From an uncultured Nitrospiraceae bacterium (lineage in GTDB: Bacteria > Nitrospirota > Nitrospiria > Nitrospirales > Nitrospiraceae): a DNA stretch of 64,000 bases. The stretch lies in assembly GCA_963730935.1 (NCBI GenBank), contig CAVSTP010000004.1, forward strand, positions 672,001 to 736,000. Direction: 5' to 3'. The translations under genes were made by a program, and so were the position numbers. The number at the start of each line of letters is the position of its first letter. Position 1 is the first letter of the stretch. Of the stretch, positions 1 to 11,690 are shown piece after piece. Under the pieces are notes generated by a model. It was given only the letters and a program-made list of their open reading frames with translations. It was not told the DNA's origin and ran no database searches.

Positions 1-208
1 CGACGGATTTGTTCAGACTTTCGTAAGCCCAAAGACGAAACGCCTCTTCGCTCATCTCCGGCTGCGCCGCCCCGAGGATGAGCGTATTCTGTTTCTCCAA
101 TTCGCCGTACGTACGCAGGTGAAACAAGGCGGGCAACAGCTTGCGTGTCGTCAAATCACCGGTCGCCCCTAGAATGATGAAGAGATGCGGTTCAACAGAC
201 TCGGCCAT
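1..208 (-). CDS. zwf: Glucose-6-phosphate 1-dehydrogenase, 5' part (runs off left edge)
   Basis: Manual translation from ATG at 208: MAESVEPHLFIILGATGDLTTRKLLPALFHL, containing the GATGDL..RKL.PAL NADP-binding signature. Confidence 0.9.
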   Translation of the reverse strand, partial: MAESVEPHLFIILGATGDLTTRKLLPALFHLRTYGELEKQNTLILGAAQPEMSEEAFRLWAYESLNKSV

Positions 209-402
209 AGACCCCGTCGCCTTTCACGTCTCTTGACCGTACGATTTAGAGGCGGACCAGGTCAACCCACCAAACCCCTGACTAGAATGGCCGGCCTTTA
301 CCGTGGGATCGGCAACGACAGGGGTGGCGGGACAGGCAAATCCGGGCTAAGCGCTGAGGTTTACTGAAGAAGGGCGTCGTAAGCGGTGGCGGCTACAACG
401 GA

Positions 403-801
403 TTACGTCGGAAGCAGCGTCACATGCACGGTTCGTTCGCGCGGCCCGTCCAATTCGATCAACAGCACCGATTGCCAGGTGCCCAAGACCAACTGTCCGT
501 CCGCCACGGGAACGGTGAGAGAGGGGCCAAGAATGGACGCGGCCATATGCGACCAGGCATGCGATGGGTCATGGGCATGACGAAAACGAATTGACGGAAT
601 GATCTGTTCGACGACCTCCAGCAGATCCTGCTCAGTGCCTTCGCCAATCTCCCCGGTCGTCAGCGCCGCGGTGGTATGGGTGACGAAGAGCATGCAGAGA
701 CCGTCGCGCATCTTCCCGCGCTTGATCAACGACTGCACACGCTCGGTGAGGTCGACGACCTCCTTGAGACTTCCGGTGCTGACCCGGAGCACCTCTGCCA
801 T
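403..801 (-). CDS. yjbQ: YjbQ/UPF0047 family protein (secondary thiamine-phosphate synthase-like)
   Basis: HTTAALT and LGTWQSVLLIELDGPRER motifs; start trimmed to MAEVLRV (GAGG RBS) from the 275-aa ORF. Confidence 0.88.
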   Translation of the reverse strand: MAEVLRVSTGSLKEVVDLTERVQSLIKRGKMRDGLCMLFVTHTTAALTTGEIGEGTEQDLLEVVEQIIPSIRFRHAHDPSHAWSHMAASILGPSLTVPVADGQLVLGTWQSVLLIELDGPRERTVHVTLLPT

Positions 802-1068
802 ACGGCCTCTACTCTTTCCCATGCCTTTGTTCGTGCCGCGGAACGTGACAGCAGCATTTCTCAGAGAAGCTGCGCCGGCACCTGTGCAACCCGGCGAAGA
901 CGATAGACCATGAGATAACCTCATTCCCGATGGAGACAGGGTTTGGTAATTGAGCGCTAGAACTGTTGCGCTCGAGGTGAACGCACCATACCGCCGACCC
1001 AAAACGAGGTTGCTAAGAAGCGGGTCAGTCTTTGTAAAAAGTCGGTGAAGATCGGACCGATGGAGGGT

Positions 1069-1108
1069 AAAAAAGCGAGGCGAAACCCCAACAGGCGGCG
1101 CCTGCTTC
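1069..1108 (-). terminator. Putative intrinsic terminator downstream of the small ORF
   Basis: Minus strand AAGCAGGCG...CGCCTCGCTT followed by a T-run; a second hairpin plus T-run (TCGGT...ACCGA-CTTTTT) lies at about 1036-1060. Confidence 0.5.
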
Positions 1109-1160
1109 TCTAGCCGAAGTGGGACTGCCTGGCAATGGTGATGTGAGGCACTTGGCGCCG

Positions 1161-1268
1161 CTAGGTGGCCGAACGTCTGCGCGGCCGCGAGGCGCGGGAT
1201 CTCGCGAGGAGAGAAGACATGAAGAGACAAACCGCCGACAAATACGCTCGCATGCCCAGGGAACGCAT
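1161..1268 (-). CDS. Putative 35-aa small protein MRSLGMRAYLSAVCLFMSSLLARSRASRPRRRSAT
   Basis: Strong SD (GAGGAGG) about 9 nt before ATG and a downstream terminator-like hairpin; below the ORF-track length cutoff. Confidence 0.45.
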   Translation of the reverse strand: MRSLGMRAYLSAVCLFMSSLLARSRASRPRRRSAT

Positions 1269-1398
1269 GGTGGTAGACCTCCTCAGTGATGTGTCTGGTT
1301 ACAAGGTAATGCCCGGAGATTAACGCCGGCTTAGGCAGAGCTTAGAACCTTCTCACCGTTGGTAGCCCCCCTGCTCCGTCTCTGCTACGCTGCCGGGC

Positions 1399-2310
1399 AT
1401 GCCGCAGGCCCTTGTGGCGTTCATCATCCTGTTCCTCGGCGCGGCGCTGCTCCGCGCCTCCAACCTGCTCAACAGGTCGCACGCCGAGCGCCTTGCCGCC
1501 CTGGTGTTCTCGATCAGCCTTCCGGCAACCATCCTGGTCTCACTCGACGGAATTCAGTTCACATACGCGGCATGGAAGCTCCCGCTGGCGGCCTGCTTCG
1601 TCACGCTGCCGATGGTGGTCGTCGCGTGGCAACTTTCACAACTGCTGCATCTCCCTCGCCTGACCCGGGGTGGATTCCTTCTAGGGACGGGCTGCATCAA
1701 TTCCATCTACTTTGCCTATCCGGTCATCCTGGCAACCTTCGGCGACGAGGGGCTCGCACGTGCCGTCCTGTTCGACCTGGGACAGACCACCCTGACCTTG
1801 ACGCTGTTGTATGGTCTGGCGCTCTGGCATGGATCCAGCTCGACCCATGACGGATCGGCGATGCGGCGCCTCATTGCCGCTCCTCCCCTTTGGGCCTTGA
1901 TCGGCATCCTGGCGTTGAAACTGTTCGGACTGCGCCTGCCTATCTGGCTGCGGGAACTGCTCACACCCGTTCACATGACGACGACGCCGCTCGCGAGTCT
2001 CGTGCTGGGGCTGTCGATCAGCTTATCGGGCCAAGGCAACCTGAGCCTCGCCGCGTTTGGCGTGCTGGTGCGAATGGGCGTGGGCGTGCTGTTGGGATTT
2101 GCCGCTGCGGAGGTTTTAGACTTGGCAGGCATCGAACGAGCGGTGGTGATACTGGTGGCGGGAATGCCGACTGCGGTGACCGCCGTGATCTTTGCGGCCG
2201 AGACGGGTCTGGATGAAGAACTGGTCGCCTCAATCGTAGCGTTGTCTGTCGGTGCAGGCGTGGCGCTGTTGCCGTGGGTGCCTCAACTTGCAAAGTGGCT
2301 GGCGAGCTGA
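1399..2310 (+). CDS. AEC (auxin efflux carrier)/malate permease family transporter
   Basis: About 10 hydrophobic segments; N..YFAYP and MPTAV motifs. Confidence 0.85.
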   Translation: MPQALVAFIILFLGAALLRASNLLNRSHAERLAALVFSISLPATILVSLDGIQFTYAAWKLPLAACFVTLPMVVVAWQLSQLLHLPRLTRGGFLLGTGCINSIYFAYPVILATFGDEGLARAVLFDLGQTTLTLTLLYGLALWHGSSSTHDGSAMRRLIAAPPLWALIGILALKLFGLRLPIWLRELLTPVHMTTTPLASLVLGLSISLSGQGNLSLAAFGVLVRMGVGVLLGFAAAEVLDLAGIERAVVILVAGMPTAVTAVIFAAETGLDEELVASIVALSVGAGVALLPWVPQLAKWLAS

Positions 2311-2698
2311 CTCGCTTTCGCGAATCTCAATCTCAGATCTCAAATTTCAAATTTGCTCCCTCCAAGCTTGCTCGCTCACTCTCCCCAAGAGCGGTCTTGA
2401 TCTGTCCCTCACTGCGCGCTTGACGAGCACCTAGGCTTGCTCTTCTTCTTATCGCGGGATGGATGGGTAACCGTCTGCGACTTGCGAGGGGTGCATGGCC
2501 TTGTCACTGCGGTCGCTGTAAGCGATGGCGAGCATTGTTCGAAGTTCCGTTCGATCAGCGGACGGAACAAGTTGCGGAGCCAAGCTGCGACAGGGCCATG
2601 CAGTTTCCCCCTCGCTGAAGCAGCGGTTATCCCACCGTCCTACGCCCCTTTCTGGTATGCCGCGGTTGGCGGGGAAGAGGACGGTTCAGACCGCCCGC

Positions 2699-3058
2699 TC
2701 ATGTCTCCATCATTTCCAATCGCGCATCGAATTCATGCCCGCAGGACACGCAGCGGATGCAATCGGATTCCACGGTGAATTCGTCCGATCTGATACCCAT
2801 TCCTCCGCAATCCGGACAGCGCGCCAGTTGTACGCGCTGGTCGTCCAGCGTTTCGTATTGACTGCCGCGGAAGCAATAGATCGGTTTCCCCTCAAGCAGC
2901 CACGGATTGCCCGCATTGTCTACCACGGGTAGGGCGAGATAGTGATGCTTCACATAGTCTTCGATGTCGCGGCTGCTCGCAAATCCATCCTTGATCAATT
3001 TGCCGCTTGCCGCCTCATAGAGAGTGTTGGCTTTGACGATCGCTTTCGTCGGTCCCAT
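2699..3058 (-). CDS. Hypothetical protein with C-terminal zinc ribbon
   Basis: CPDCGG...CIRCVSCGHEF; GGAGG RBS; directly downstream of the CBS gene. Confidence 0.75.
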   Translation of the reverse strand: MGPTKAIVKANTLYEAASGKLIKDGFASSRDIEDYVKHHYLALPVVDNAGNPWLLEGKPIYCFRGSQYETLDDQRVQLARCPDCGGMGIRSDEFTVESDCIRCVSCGHEFDARLEMMET

Positions 3059-3092
3059 ATTTTCCCTCCTGCTGCCGTGAAAAGTGAGCGCT

Positions 3093-3869
3093 CTAGATGA
3101 CCCCGGAATAATACCGGAGGATATTGGAGACGGAGATCACCCCGATAATTTCGCCGTCCTGTGCGACTGCCAGATGGCGCGTCGCCTGTTCCTTCATCAA
3201 TCTCACCGCCTCGATGAGCGGCCGGTCCCCGTGGATCGCGACCAACGGCTTGCGGACACAGGATTGCACCTGCGTCGTGTTGGCATCGAGCCCGTTCGCC
3301 ACCACATCGTGTGCGAGAGCGGTATCGGTGATAAATCCGACGTAGGTCTGATTGTCCGTCACGAGCAGGGAGCCCGTTTTCCATTTTTGCATCAGCCGTC
3401 CGGCCTCCCGCAGGGTGGCGGTATGGGGGACACTGCGCACATCAGGCGCCATATGCTCGGCCACCTGCGGGCCGGTGAGCATTTGACGTCCCGACTGCAG
3501 TTTCTTCGGCTCGGTAGCCCGGCGGGCCTCCAATTCGGCGATGCAGCTTTCCAGCACACGGCTTCGTTGCATGAGATTCTGTCGTTCGCCGTCAAGGCCG
3601 ATGCTTTCGGGAGCCTCCTCAGTCATGTTGACGAGGCCGGAGGCCTCGCCCAATTGCGCATACTGATACGCATCAAGCAGTTCGGATGTTTCCCCGAGCA
3701 GTTCGGCGATCAGACGCTCCGACTCCGAATCGAACTCCTCGAGGCTGTGGCTCCCCTTGCCCTTTTTAACATAGGGGGCGAGATCGGCCAGGTGTTTACG
3801 CATGCGTTCAATGCTGCGGTCGAGAGAGATTCGTGGCTTTTTCGAGTTCGTGGTGCGAGTCGAGGCCAT
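3093..3869 (-). CDS. CBS-pair protein with N-terminal helical domain
   Basis: Two CBS repeats (VAEHM...GSLLV..VGFIT; RHLAV..GEIIGVIS). Confidence 0.85.
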   Translation of the reverse strand: MASTRTTNSKKPRISLDRSIERMRKHLADLAPYVKKGKGSHSLEEFDSESERLIAELLGETSELLDAYQYAQLGEASGLVNMTEEAPESIGLDGERQNLMQRSRVLESCIAELEARRATEPKKLQSGRQMLTGPQVAEHMAPDVRSVPHTATLREAGRLMQKWKTGSLLVTDNQTYVGFITDTALAHDVVANGLDANTTQVQSCVRKPLVAIHGDRPLIEAVRLMKEQATRHLAVAQDGEIIGVISVSNILRYYSGVI

Positions 3870-3994
3870 AACACCTCCAATCAGTCAGGCGGGAAGAGTC
3901 TGGAATTTTACCTGTGTGCATCACACTGTGGCAAGGGTGTTCTGAGCGGCTAGAAAGCCGCTCGCAGCGACCAGGGATAGAAAGGTTCTAGAGA

Positions 3995-4438
3995 TCATCG
4001 ACCGGCGCAGCGCTGGCCTCCCATTCCGTCCGGTGCACAGCGAATGGATCCCGAATAATCCGGTCCAACAGGCGCAGGAATCGTATAGGCGGGAACAGGA
4101 CGGTCAGGCGTGGCGGGTCCATCTGGGACTGGCGGCGATGATGGGAGCTTGGCGGGGACGTCTGCCCGGCCGGCCAATGAGGAAGGTGATGGAGCAGGAT
4201 GCCGACCTGAGGGGGGCTCGATCAGGGATGGCGTCGCATCGGAAGGTGCCGGCTGCGTTGAAGTGCCGGACATCTTGTGTTCCGGCCGCTGGGATGCTTG
4301 ATCCGCGAGCATGGCGCGTATCGCCTTGAGGTTTTCGTGGGCATCGTCCACCGAACTTAGGTCCTGCTCCTTGACGGGATCACCGACCATGATGATCCCG
4401 CACCCGGAAAAAAGATAGACGAGTAAAAGCGATGCCAT
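3995..4438 (-). CDS. Hypothetical Pro/Ser-rich lipoprotein
   Basis: Lipobox-like LFSGC after a hydrophobic stretch; C-terminal C-x8-C pair; start uncertain. Confidence 0.55.
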   Translation of the reverse strand: MASLLLVYLFSGCGIIMVGDPVKEQDLSSVDDAHENLKAIRAMLADQASQRPEHKMSGTSTQPAPSDATPSLIEPPSGRHPAPSPSSLAGRADVPAKLPSSPPVPDGPATPDRPVPAYTIPAPVGPDYSGSIRCAPDGMGGQRCAGR

Positions 4439-4702
4439 TAGAACCCGAATGCGTGGTGAACTGGATGACCTTCCCCACTTCCTCCTTTGTGGGGGTGGAT
4501 GTCCCGCGAGCGACTTATGCGAAGGCTCGGGACCCGCACCGCCAAGCATCTGCGGTCGCCGCGCGACAGCGAGGATGTCTGACGTTCCGTTTGGCAATAC
4601 CAGAAACGGAACTAGTTTCCGAGCTGAGCTGATGCGAGGCGCTGTGCGGTCGAGCCGTAGCATTCGAGCAAGCAGGATTTCCACCAGCCGCCTCCCCCCT
4701 TC

Positions 4703-6442
<1,740 letters not shown>

Positions 6443-6470
6443 CTCGTTGCGGCGGTGTGCCCCCTTGTCC

Positions 6471-7151
6471 TCACCCCAGTTGTTTGGGCCAGAGGGATTC
6501 GAGTTCCGGGAACCGTTGCCGATAGTCGGCATGGCTGGCGCGCAGTACTTTTAAGGCCTCCTCCCGCCCATACACGCCGGTGATTTCAACCTTGTGATGC
6601 AGGGCGCCCGGCGCTTGCTTGTACGTGAGAAAATAATGCCGCAGTCGATCGATCAAGCTGACGGGACAGTCACCGATGTCCTTGAAATCGCCGTAGGCGG
6701 CATCATCCTTCATCACCGCGATGATCTTGTCGTCCGCTTCGCCGCCGTCCGCAAGACTGAATCCTCCGATGGGAATGGCGGTCAGCAGAATGTCGCTGTG
6801 CGGAATGGTCTTTTCGGTGAGCACACAGATATCGAGGGGATCGCCGTCGCCGACGATGTCTTTGCGTTTTGCCCGTTTCGAGAAAATCGCCGCTACCTTG
6901 TCGCCGCAATAGGTTTGAGGCACGAGACCATAATAAACCGGGCAATAGTTGGAGAAGCGTTGCGGACGGTCGACTTTGAGGAACCCGCTGTCCTTGTCGA
7001 CTTCGTACTTCACCGTATCGGTCGGCACGATTTCAATGTACGCCGTCACCACTTCCGGCGCCTTCTCTCCGATAGACACGCCATGCCAGGGATGGGCCTT
7101 GAACATCAGATTCATCAACCGTTGGATCGGATCCCCTAACGACCGCCCCAT
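6471..7151 (-). CDS. ppa: Inorganic pyrophosphatase (family I)
   Basis: HPWHG, KYEVDK, DGDPLD, DGGEADDKII motifs; AAGGAGG RBS. Confidence 0.93.
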   Translation of the reverse strand: MGRSLGDPIQRLMNLMFKAHPWHGVSIGEKAPEVVTAYIEIVPTDTVKYEVDKDSGFLKVDRPQRFSNYCPVYYGLVPQTYCGDKVAAIFSKRAKRKDIVGDGDPLDICVLTEKTIPHSDILLTAIPIGGFSLADGGEADDKIIAVMKDDAAYGDFKDIGDCPVSLIDRLRHYFLTYKQAPGALHHKVEITGVYGREEALKVLRASHADYRQRFPELESLWPKQLG

Positions 7152-7181
7152 TAATGCCTCCTTGGGTTTCGTGGGTCTCTG

Positions 7182-7607
7182 TCAGGCTCGCGACATCGTC
7201 TCCCTGACGACAATAAACCATTTCGGTTTCATGCGGCCAAAATCGGTTCTGACATGCCGTTTGAGCGCCGAAGCGGAATCGAGCACATAGGCGTGTTCAT
7301 GCGTGCGCACGAAGACCACCCAATGCCAATAGGGCCGCCTCCGATCGCGATGCCACTTGATGGCAAGCAGGGCCTTCGCAGGCAGCGCCGACCAGGAGAC
7401 AAAGGGCATCTCTGCTCCATGCGCGCTCAGTCCGTAGTGCGCAAGCAGGCGCCGCACATACCTGGTCTCGGACCACAAGCGCTCATCGGTGGCGACAATG
7501 CCTAATCGCCGCGCTGATCGCTGCGCAGCCTTGTAGCGGACGCCGGCCAGCGCCGCCACACTGGCGATGCCGCAGCCGGTCCGCTCGAGCTGCACCACCG
7601 GCTTCAT
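7182..7607 (-). CDS. Peptidase C39-like (papain-fold) small protein
   Basis: Q-x4-GC near the N-terminus, then HWVV and LD; start overlaps the GNAT stop (ATGA). Confidence 0.6.
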   Translation of the reverse strand: MKPVVQLERTGCGIASVAALAGVRYKAAQRSARRLGIVATDERLWSETRYVRRLLAHYGLSAHGAEMPFVSWSALPAKALLAIKWHRDRRRPYWHWVVFVRTHEHAYVLDSASALKRHVRTDFGRMKPKWFIVVRETMSRA

Positions 7608-8107
7608 GACAGCTCCACTTTCAGCTTGCGTCCGCCCGAGATCGTGAATCCCTGGCGTTGGTAAAACGCCAACGTCCGATCGAATTGCGGCAAGGGAGGC
7701 GTTGTGACTTCGAGGCGTCGCCATCCTCTGGCCTGTCCGACTTTTTTCGATTCGGCAATCAATGCTGTCCCTATTCCACGCGACCGATGCGACGGACGGA
7801 CATAGAATTCCGGAATTGTACCGTAGACTCCCCCGGTATACAGCGCATAGCTCTGATACAGCGCCAGGAATCCGACACATGCTCCACCGTCTCTCGCAAG
7901 CAACACCAGATAGGACTCGTCAGAGAGCCAGGCACGAGCTCGAGCTTCCGTTTCATGGTGATCAAAGTTAAAGACCTTCTCACTCACGGCCACCATGATT
8001 TCGTGGAGCAGCTCTCCAACCATGGCGGCGATGACATGGGCGTCCGCCGGCAGAGCGGGATCAATGCGAGTGGTCACGGTAGATTTCTCGCGTTGCTCAA
8101 TGTCCAT
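7604..8107 (-). CDS. GNAT family N-acetyltransferase
   Basis: YVRPSHRSRGIGTAL acetyl-CoA motif A; FYQRQGF. Confidence 0.9.
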   Translation of the reverse strand: MDIEQREKSTVTTRIDPALPADAHVIAAMVGELLHEIMVAVSEKVFNFDHHETEARARAWLSDESYLVLLARDGGACVGFLALYQSYALYTGGVYGTIPEFYVRPSHRSRGIGTALIAESKKVGQARGWRRLEVTTPPLPQFDRTLAFYQRQGFTISGGRKLKVELS

Positions 8108-8207
8108 GATGACTGAAATTCATTCTTCGATGATCCTTCCAAGCCTGCTCGTTCTCTTCACTAAGCGCGTTGGGCGAGCAAATGAACGCATCTCGGCCCT
8201 CCTCGCA

Positions 8208-8405
8208 CTATTCCGCAGGGAGCTCAATCGGCCCCGCCCACTCGCCTTTGGCCAGCCGCACCTCCTGGTATCCCCCATCCGGCCACTGAAACTGTCCCGC
8301 CTCATCGATCTGCACGATGAACGGGTCGTCTTCGTGGGCTTCACCACGAAACCAGTACCAGCCTGCCGTGGCAGGCTTCGATGTGCTCCATCTGTGCGTC
8401 GACAT
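8208..8405 (-). CDS. Small Trp-rich hypothetical protein
   Basis: WSTSKPATAGWYWFR...EWAGPI; plausible coding composition. Confidence 0.6.
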   Translation of the reverse strand: MSTHRWSTSKPATAGWYWFRGEAHEDDPFIVQIDEAGQFQWPDGGYQEVRLAKGEWAGPIELPAE

Positions 8406-8479
8406 CAGATGCTCGGCAACCGCGGATGATGAGATCTCGTCGTGGCTTCTGCTACAGTCGCACCGTGACGAACCCTAGC

Positions 8480-10996
8480 ATGAACCGTCTGCCAATTGAA
8501 GATGTGCTTCCAGAGTTGCGACGGGCATTGGCGCAGGGAAGCAACGCTCTGCTGACTGCCCCGCCTGGGGCTGGTAAGACCACCGGTGTGCCTCTGGCCT
8601 TGCTGGATGCGTCCTGGCTGGCGGGGCAGAAGCTCCTCATGCTCGAGCCAAGGCGGCTGGCGGCCAGAGCCGCTGCCCATCGGCTGGCCGCAACACTGAA
8701 CCAACCGGTCGGAGATACGGTCGGCTATCGAATGCGGCTCGACACCAATGTGGGCGCGGACACCCGGCTGGAAGTCGTCACCGAAGGGGTGCTGACCAGA
8801 CTGCTGGTCAGCAATCCTGAGCTGGAGGGATACGGGGCGATTGTGTTCGACGAGTTCCACGAGCGGAGCCTTCAGGCCGATATCGGCTTGGCGCTTGCAC
8901 TTGAAACGCAACGGCTCGTCCGTCCTGAACTTCGGCTGCTCGTGATGTCTGCAACGTTGAACTGCGGACCCGTGAGCGATCTGCTCGGTGGTGCGCCCGT
9001 GATTTCCTGCGAAGGCCGAATGTTTCCCGTCGAAACGCGCTACCTGGACCGTCCGCTGACAGGCCGTCTCGAGGCGGCCGTTGTCCAATGCATTCGTCGC
9101 TCGCTGGCTCAGGACTCTGGCAGCCAGCTCGTCTTTTTGCCGGGCATGGCGGAAATTCGCCGCATCGAACGGAGCCTGCTCGATGCCCGTCTCGGCCCGG
9201 ACGTGCAGGTCGCTCCGCTCCACGGAGACCTGCCACAGGCCGATCAAGACATGGCGATCGAACCGGCCCCTCCCGGCAGGAAAAAAATCGTGCTGGCCAC
9301 CTCTATCGCTGAAACCAGTTTGACGATCGACGGCATTCGTGTGGTGATCGATGCCGGGCAGCTGCGTGCACCACGATTCGATCCCCGCTCCGGCTTGACC
9401 CGTCTGGAAACGATTCGGGTCACACAGGACTCGGCCGACCAGCGACGAGGTCGAGCCGGCCGACTCGAACCCGGCATCTGTTATCGTCTCTGGACCGAGC
9501 AAGAGCATCAGTCGCTCGCCCCGCGGCGTCCGCCCGAGATCCTCGACGCGGACCTCTCTTCGTTGCTGCTCGAAACAGCACGATGGGGCGTGTCGGACCC
9601 GTTAGAATTGTCCTGGCTCACACCGCCGCCGCCCGGCGCCGTCGCACAGGCCCGTGAGCTCCTTCTGCGTCTGGGCGCCCTGACCGCCAATGGACGGCTC
9701 ACGCCTCATGGGCAGCAGATGGGTGAGCTGCCCTTGCATCCGCGACTCACGCACATGCTGCTGAGATCGGTCCCGCTTGGCTGCGCCGGGTTGGCCTGCG
9801 ATCTTGCGGCGCTCCTCACCGAGCGCGATCTGTTGCGTGCACCCTCTGCCCGGGAGGCCGATGTACGACTGCGGCTGGACGTGATGCGCGGCAGCCGCGC
9901 CGCAGGCACCGGCGGCTCAGTCGATCGTCGCACGATCGAACGCCTCAAGCGTACCGCGCGCCAGTGGAAGGGACAGCTCCAACAGCTCATAGACGTGCGA
10001 CCACCTGGGAGGTCTACGGATGTCGATCTGGCAGGCCTCCTGCTCGCCATCGCCTATCCCGATCGCATCGCGCAACGTCAGGGAGGCAGTGAGCCGCGCT
10101 ATATCCTGGCCAATGGTCGCGGCGCAGTGTTTACCCACCCGGACCATCTGGCCGTCGAACCGTATCTCGTCATCGTTGAATTGGACGCCGGATCACAGTG
10201 GGCGCGCATCGACATGGCTGCACCCGTCGCCCAGAAGGACATTGAACAGCTGTATCAGGCCGAGATCGCCGAGACTGAAGCGGTCGCGTGGGACGAACGC
10301 ACCGGCGCCGTACGCGCCTCACGACAACGCCGCCTCGGCGCGCTGGTATTGTCGAACGAGGCTCTGTCCAAACCTGATCCTTCCTTGGTCGCAGCGGCCT
10401 TGCTGAACGGAGTGCGCCGGGCGGGACTGCATACCCTGGCCTGGACACCAGACCTTGAGGACTGGCGCATGAGAGTCCGTTTTCTCCGACGCCTCCAAGG
10501 TGAGACTGCTGCTTGGCCAGACGTATCTGACGAGCGCCTTGGTGAAACGCTTGACGACTGGCTCGGGCCTTACTTGGTCGGCATGACGACGTTGGAGCGC
10601 GTGCAGCGCATGGATCTCACACAGCCCTTGCAAGCCTTGCTCAGCCGAGCCCAGCAGCAGGAACTTAATCGATTGGCCCCGACGCACGTCGCCGTGCCAA
10701 GCGGATCGCACATCAGGCTTGATTATTCGGAAGACCTTCCCGTCCTGGCGGTGCGATTACAAGAAATGTTTGGATGCAAAGAGACTCCACGCATCGTGAA
10801 CAGGACAGTGCCGGTGATGCTGCACCTCTTGTCTCCGGCGAAGCGGCCCGTGCAGGTGACGAAAGATCTAGCCAGTTTTTGGGTGAACGCCTATCCCGAG
10901 ATCCGTAAGGAACTTCGCGGCCGCTACCCGAAGCATCATTGGCCAGAGAATCCGCTGACCGCTCCCCCCACGGCCAAGACCAAACGTCGATCCTAA
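8480..10996 (+). CDS. hrpB: ATP-dependent helicase HrpB
   Basis: GAGKTT, DEFHER, SAT, QRRGRAGR; C-terminal LLSPA.RP.Q.T.DL.SFW...YPKH.WP. Confidence 0.95.
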   Translation: MNRLPIEDVLPELRRALAQGSNALLTAPPGAGKTTGVPLALLDASWLAGQKLLMLEPRRLAARAAAHRLAATLNQPVGDTVGYRMRLDTNVGADTRLEVVTEGVLTRLLVSNPELEGYGAIVFDEFHERSLQADIGLALALETQRLVRPELRLLVMSATLNCGPVSDLLGGAPVISCEGRMFPVETRYLDRPLTGRLEAAVVQCIRRSLAQDSGSQLVFLPGMAEIRRIERSLLDARLGPDVQVAPLHGDLPQADQDMAIEPAPPGRKKIVLATSIAETSLTIDGIRVVIDAGQLRAPRFDPRSGLTRLETIRVTQDSADQRRGRAGRLEPGICYRLWTEQEHQSLAPRRPPEILDADLSSLLLETARWGVSDPLELSWLTPPPPGAVAQARELLLRLGALTANGRLTPHGQQMGELPLHPRLTHMLLRSVPLGCAGLACDLAALLTERDLLRAPSAREADVRLRLDVMRGSRAAGTGGSVDRRTIERLKRTARQWKGQLQQLIDVRPPGRSTDVDLAGLLLAIAYPDRIAQRQGGSEPRYILANGRGAVFTHPDHLAVEPYLVIVELDAGSQWARIDMAAPVAQKDIEQLYQAEIAETEAVAWDERTGAVRASRQRRLGALVLSNEALSKPDPSLVAAALLNGVRRAGLHTLAWTPDLEDWRMRVRFLRRLQGETAAWPDVSDERLGETLDDWLGPYLVGMTTLERVQRMDLTQPLQALLSRAQQQELNRLAPTHVAVPSGSHIRLDYSEDLPVLAVRLQEMFGCKETPRIVNRTVPVMLHLLSPAKRPVQVTKDLASFWVNAYPEIRKELRGRYPKHHWPENPLTAPPTAKTKRRS

Positions 10997-11050
10997 GTCC
11001 CGTCCTTTCGTAGGATAGACCGCCTGGCAGGTGACGTCCTATGGTCGTTC

Positions 11051-11680
11051 ATGCACGGATGGATGTTCCTGCTCATCGTCCTGACGCTCCTCATCCCGGC
11101 CAGTGGACGCGGCGAGCTTCCGGAGTTTGGACCTCCGCCCCCGACGGCCCCATTTGACGATGTCGACGATGCCGCGCTGCAGGCGGAAGTCACGCGGCAG
11201 ACCCTCGCCTTTCTGGACATCCTGCAACGACATTGGGGACAAGGGCCCGAACGGCTGAGGAGCGCGGTCGCCGGCCCCCTCGAGCGGGAGGAAGAAAGCA
11301 CGCTGATCTATCTGCGGAACATACACGATCACGGCGTGCTCGAGGGCTACGAATTCCGGAAGGGATCGCTCGCGCGTGGTCAATACGTGATCATTCAGCG
11401 GCCGCTGAACGGCTTGAACGAGTTCATCGGCTACTATACGGCGCTCAAACTGGCCTTGAGCACGGCTTATGGAGAGCCGGAGTTGGACCGTGTGGTCTGG
11501 GACAATGACCTCTATCATCCGCTGCCCGACTACTGGGGCGTGGCCGTGATGATCGGACATCTCCGCTATCACGCGATCTGGGAAACGTCCGAAGGGACGC
11601 TGACGCTTGATCTCACCGGAGACCGGTACAGCCGATTGTCGGTGGAATATCGCGCGCGGGCGGAGAGCGCGGACACTTAG
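11051..11680 (+). CDS. Hypothetical exported protein
   Basis: N-terminal signal peptide; 209-aa ORF. Confidence 0.65.
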   Translation: MHGWMFLLIVLTLLIPASGRGELPEFGPPPPTAPFDDVDDAALQAEVTRQTLAFLDILQRHWGQGPERLRSAVAGPLEREEESTLIYLRNIHDHGVLEGYEFRKGSLARGQYVIIQRPLNGLNEFIGYYTALKLALSTAYGEPELDRVVWDNDLYHPLPDYWGVAVMIGHLRYHAIWETSEGTLTLDLTGDRYSRLSVEYRARAESADT

Positions 11681-11690
11681 CGATCGTCAC

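Noticed and set aside
802..1230. N-terminal extension of YjbQ in the ORF track
   Set aside because: Not protein-like and crosses terminator-like hairpins; the family domain starts at MAEVL
2322..2356. Short degenerate 7-nt repeats (ATCTCAA/ATTTCAA)
   Set aside because: Only about four imperfect units; treated as low-complexity intergenic sequence
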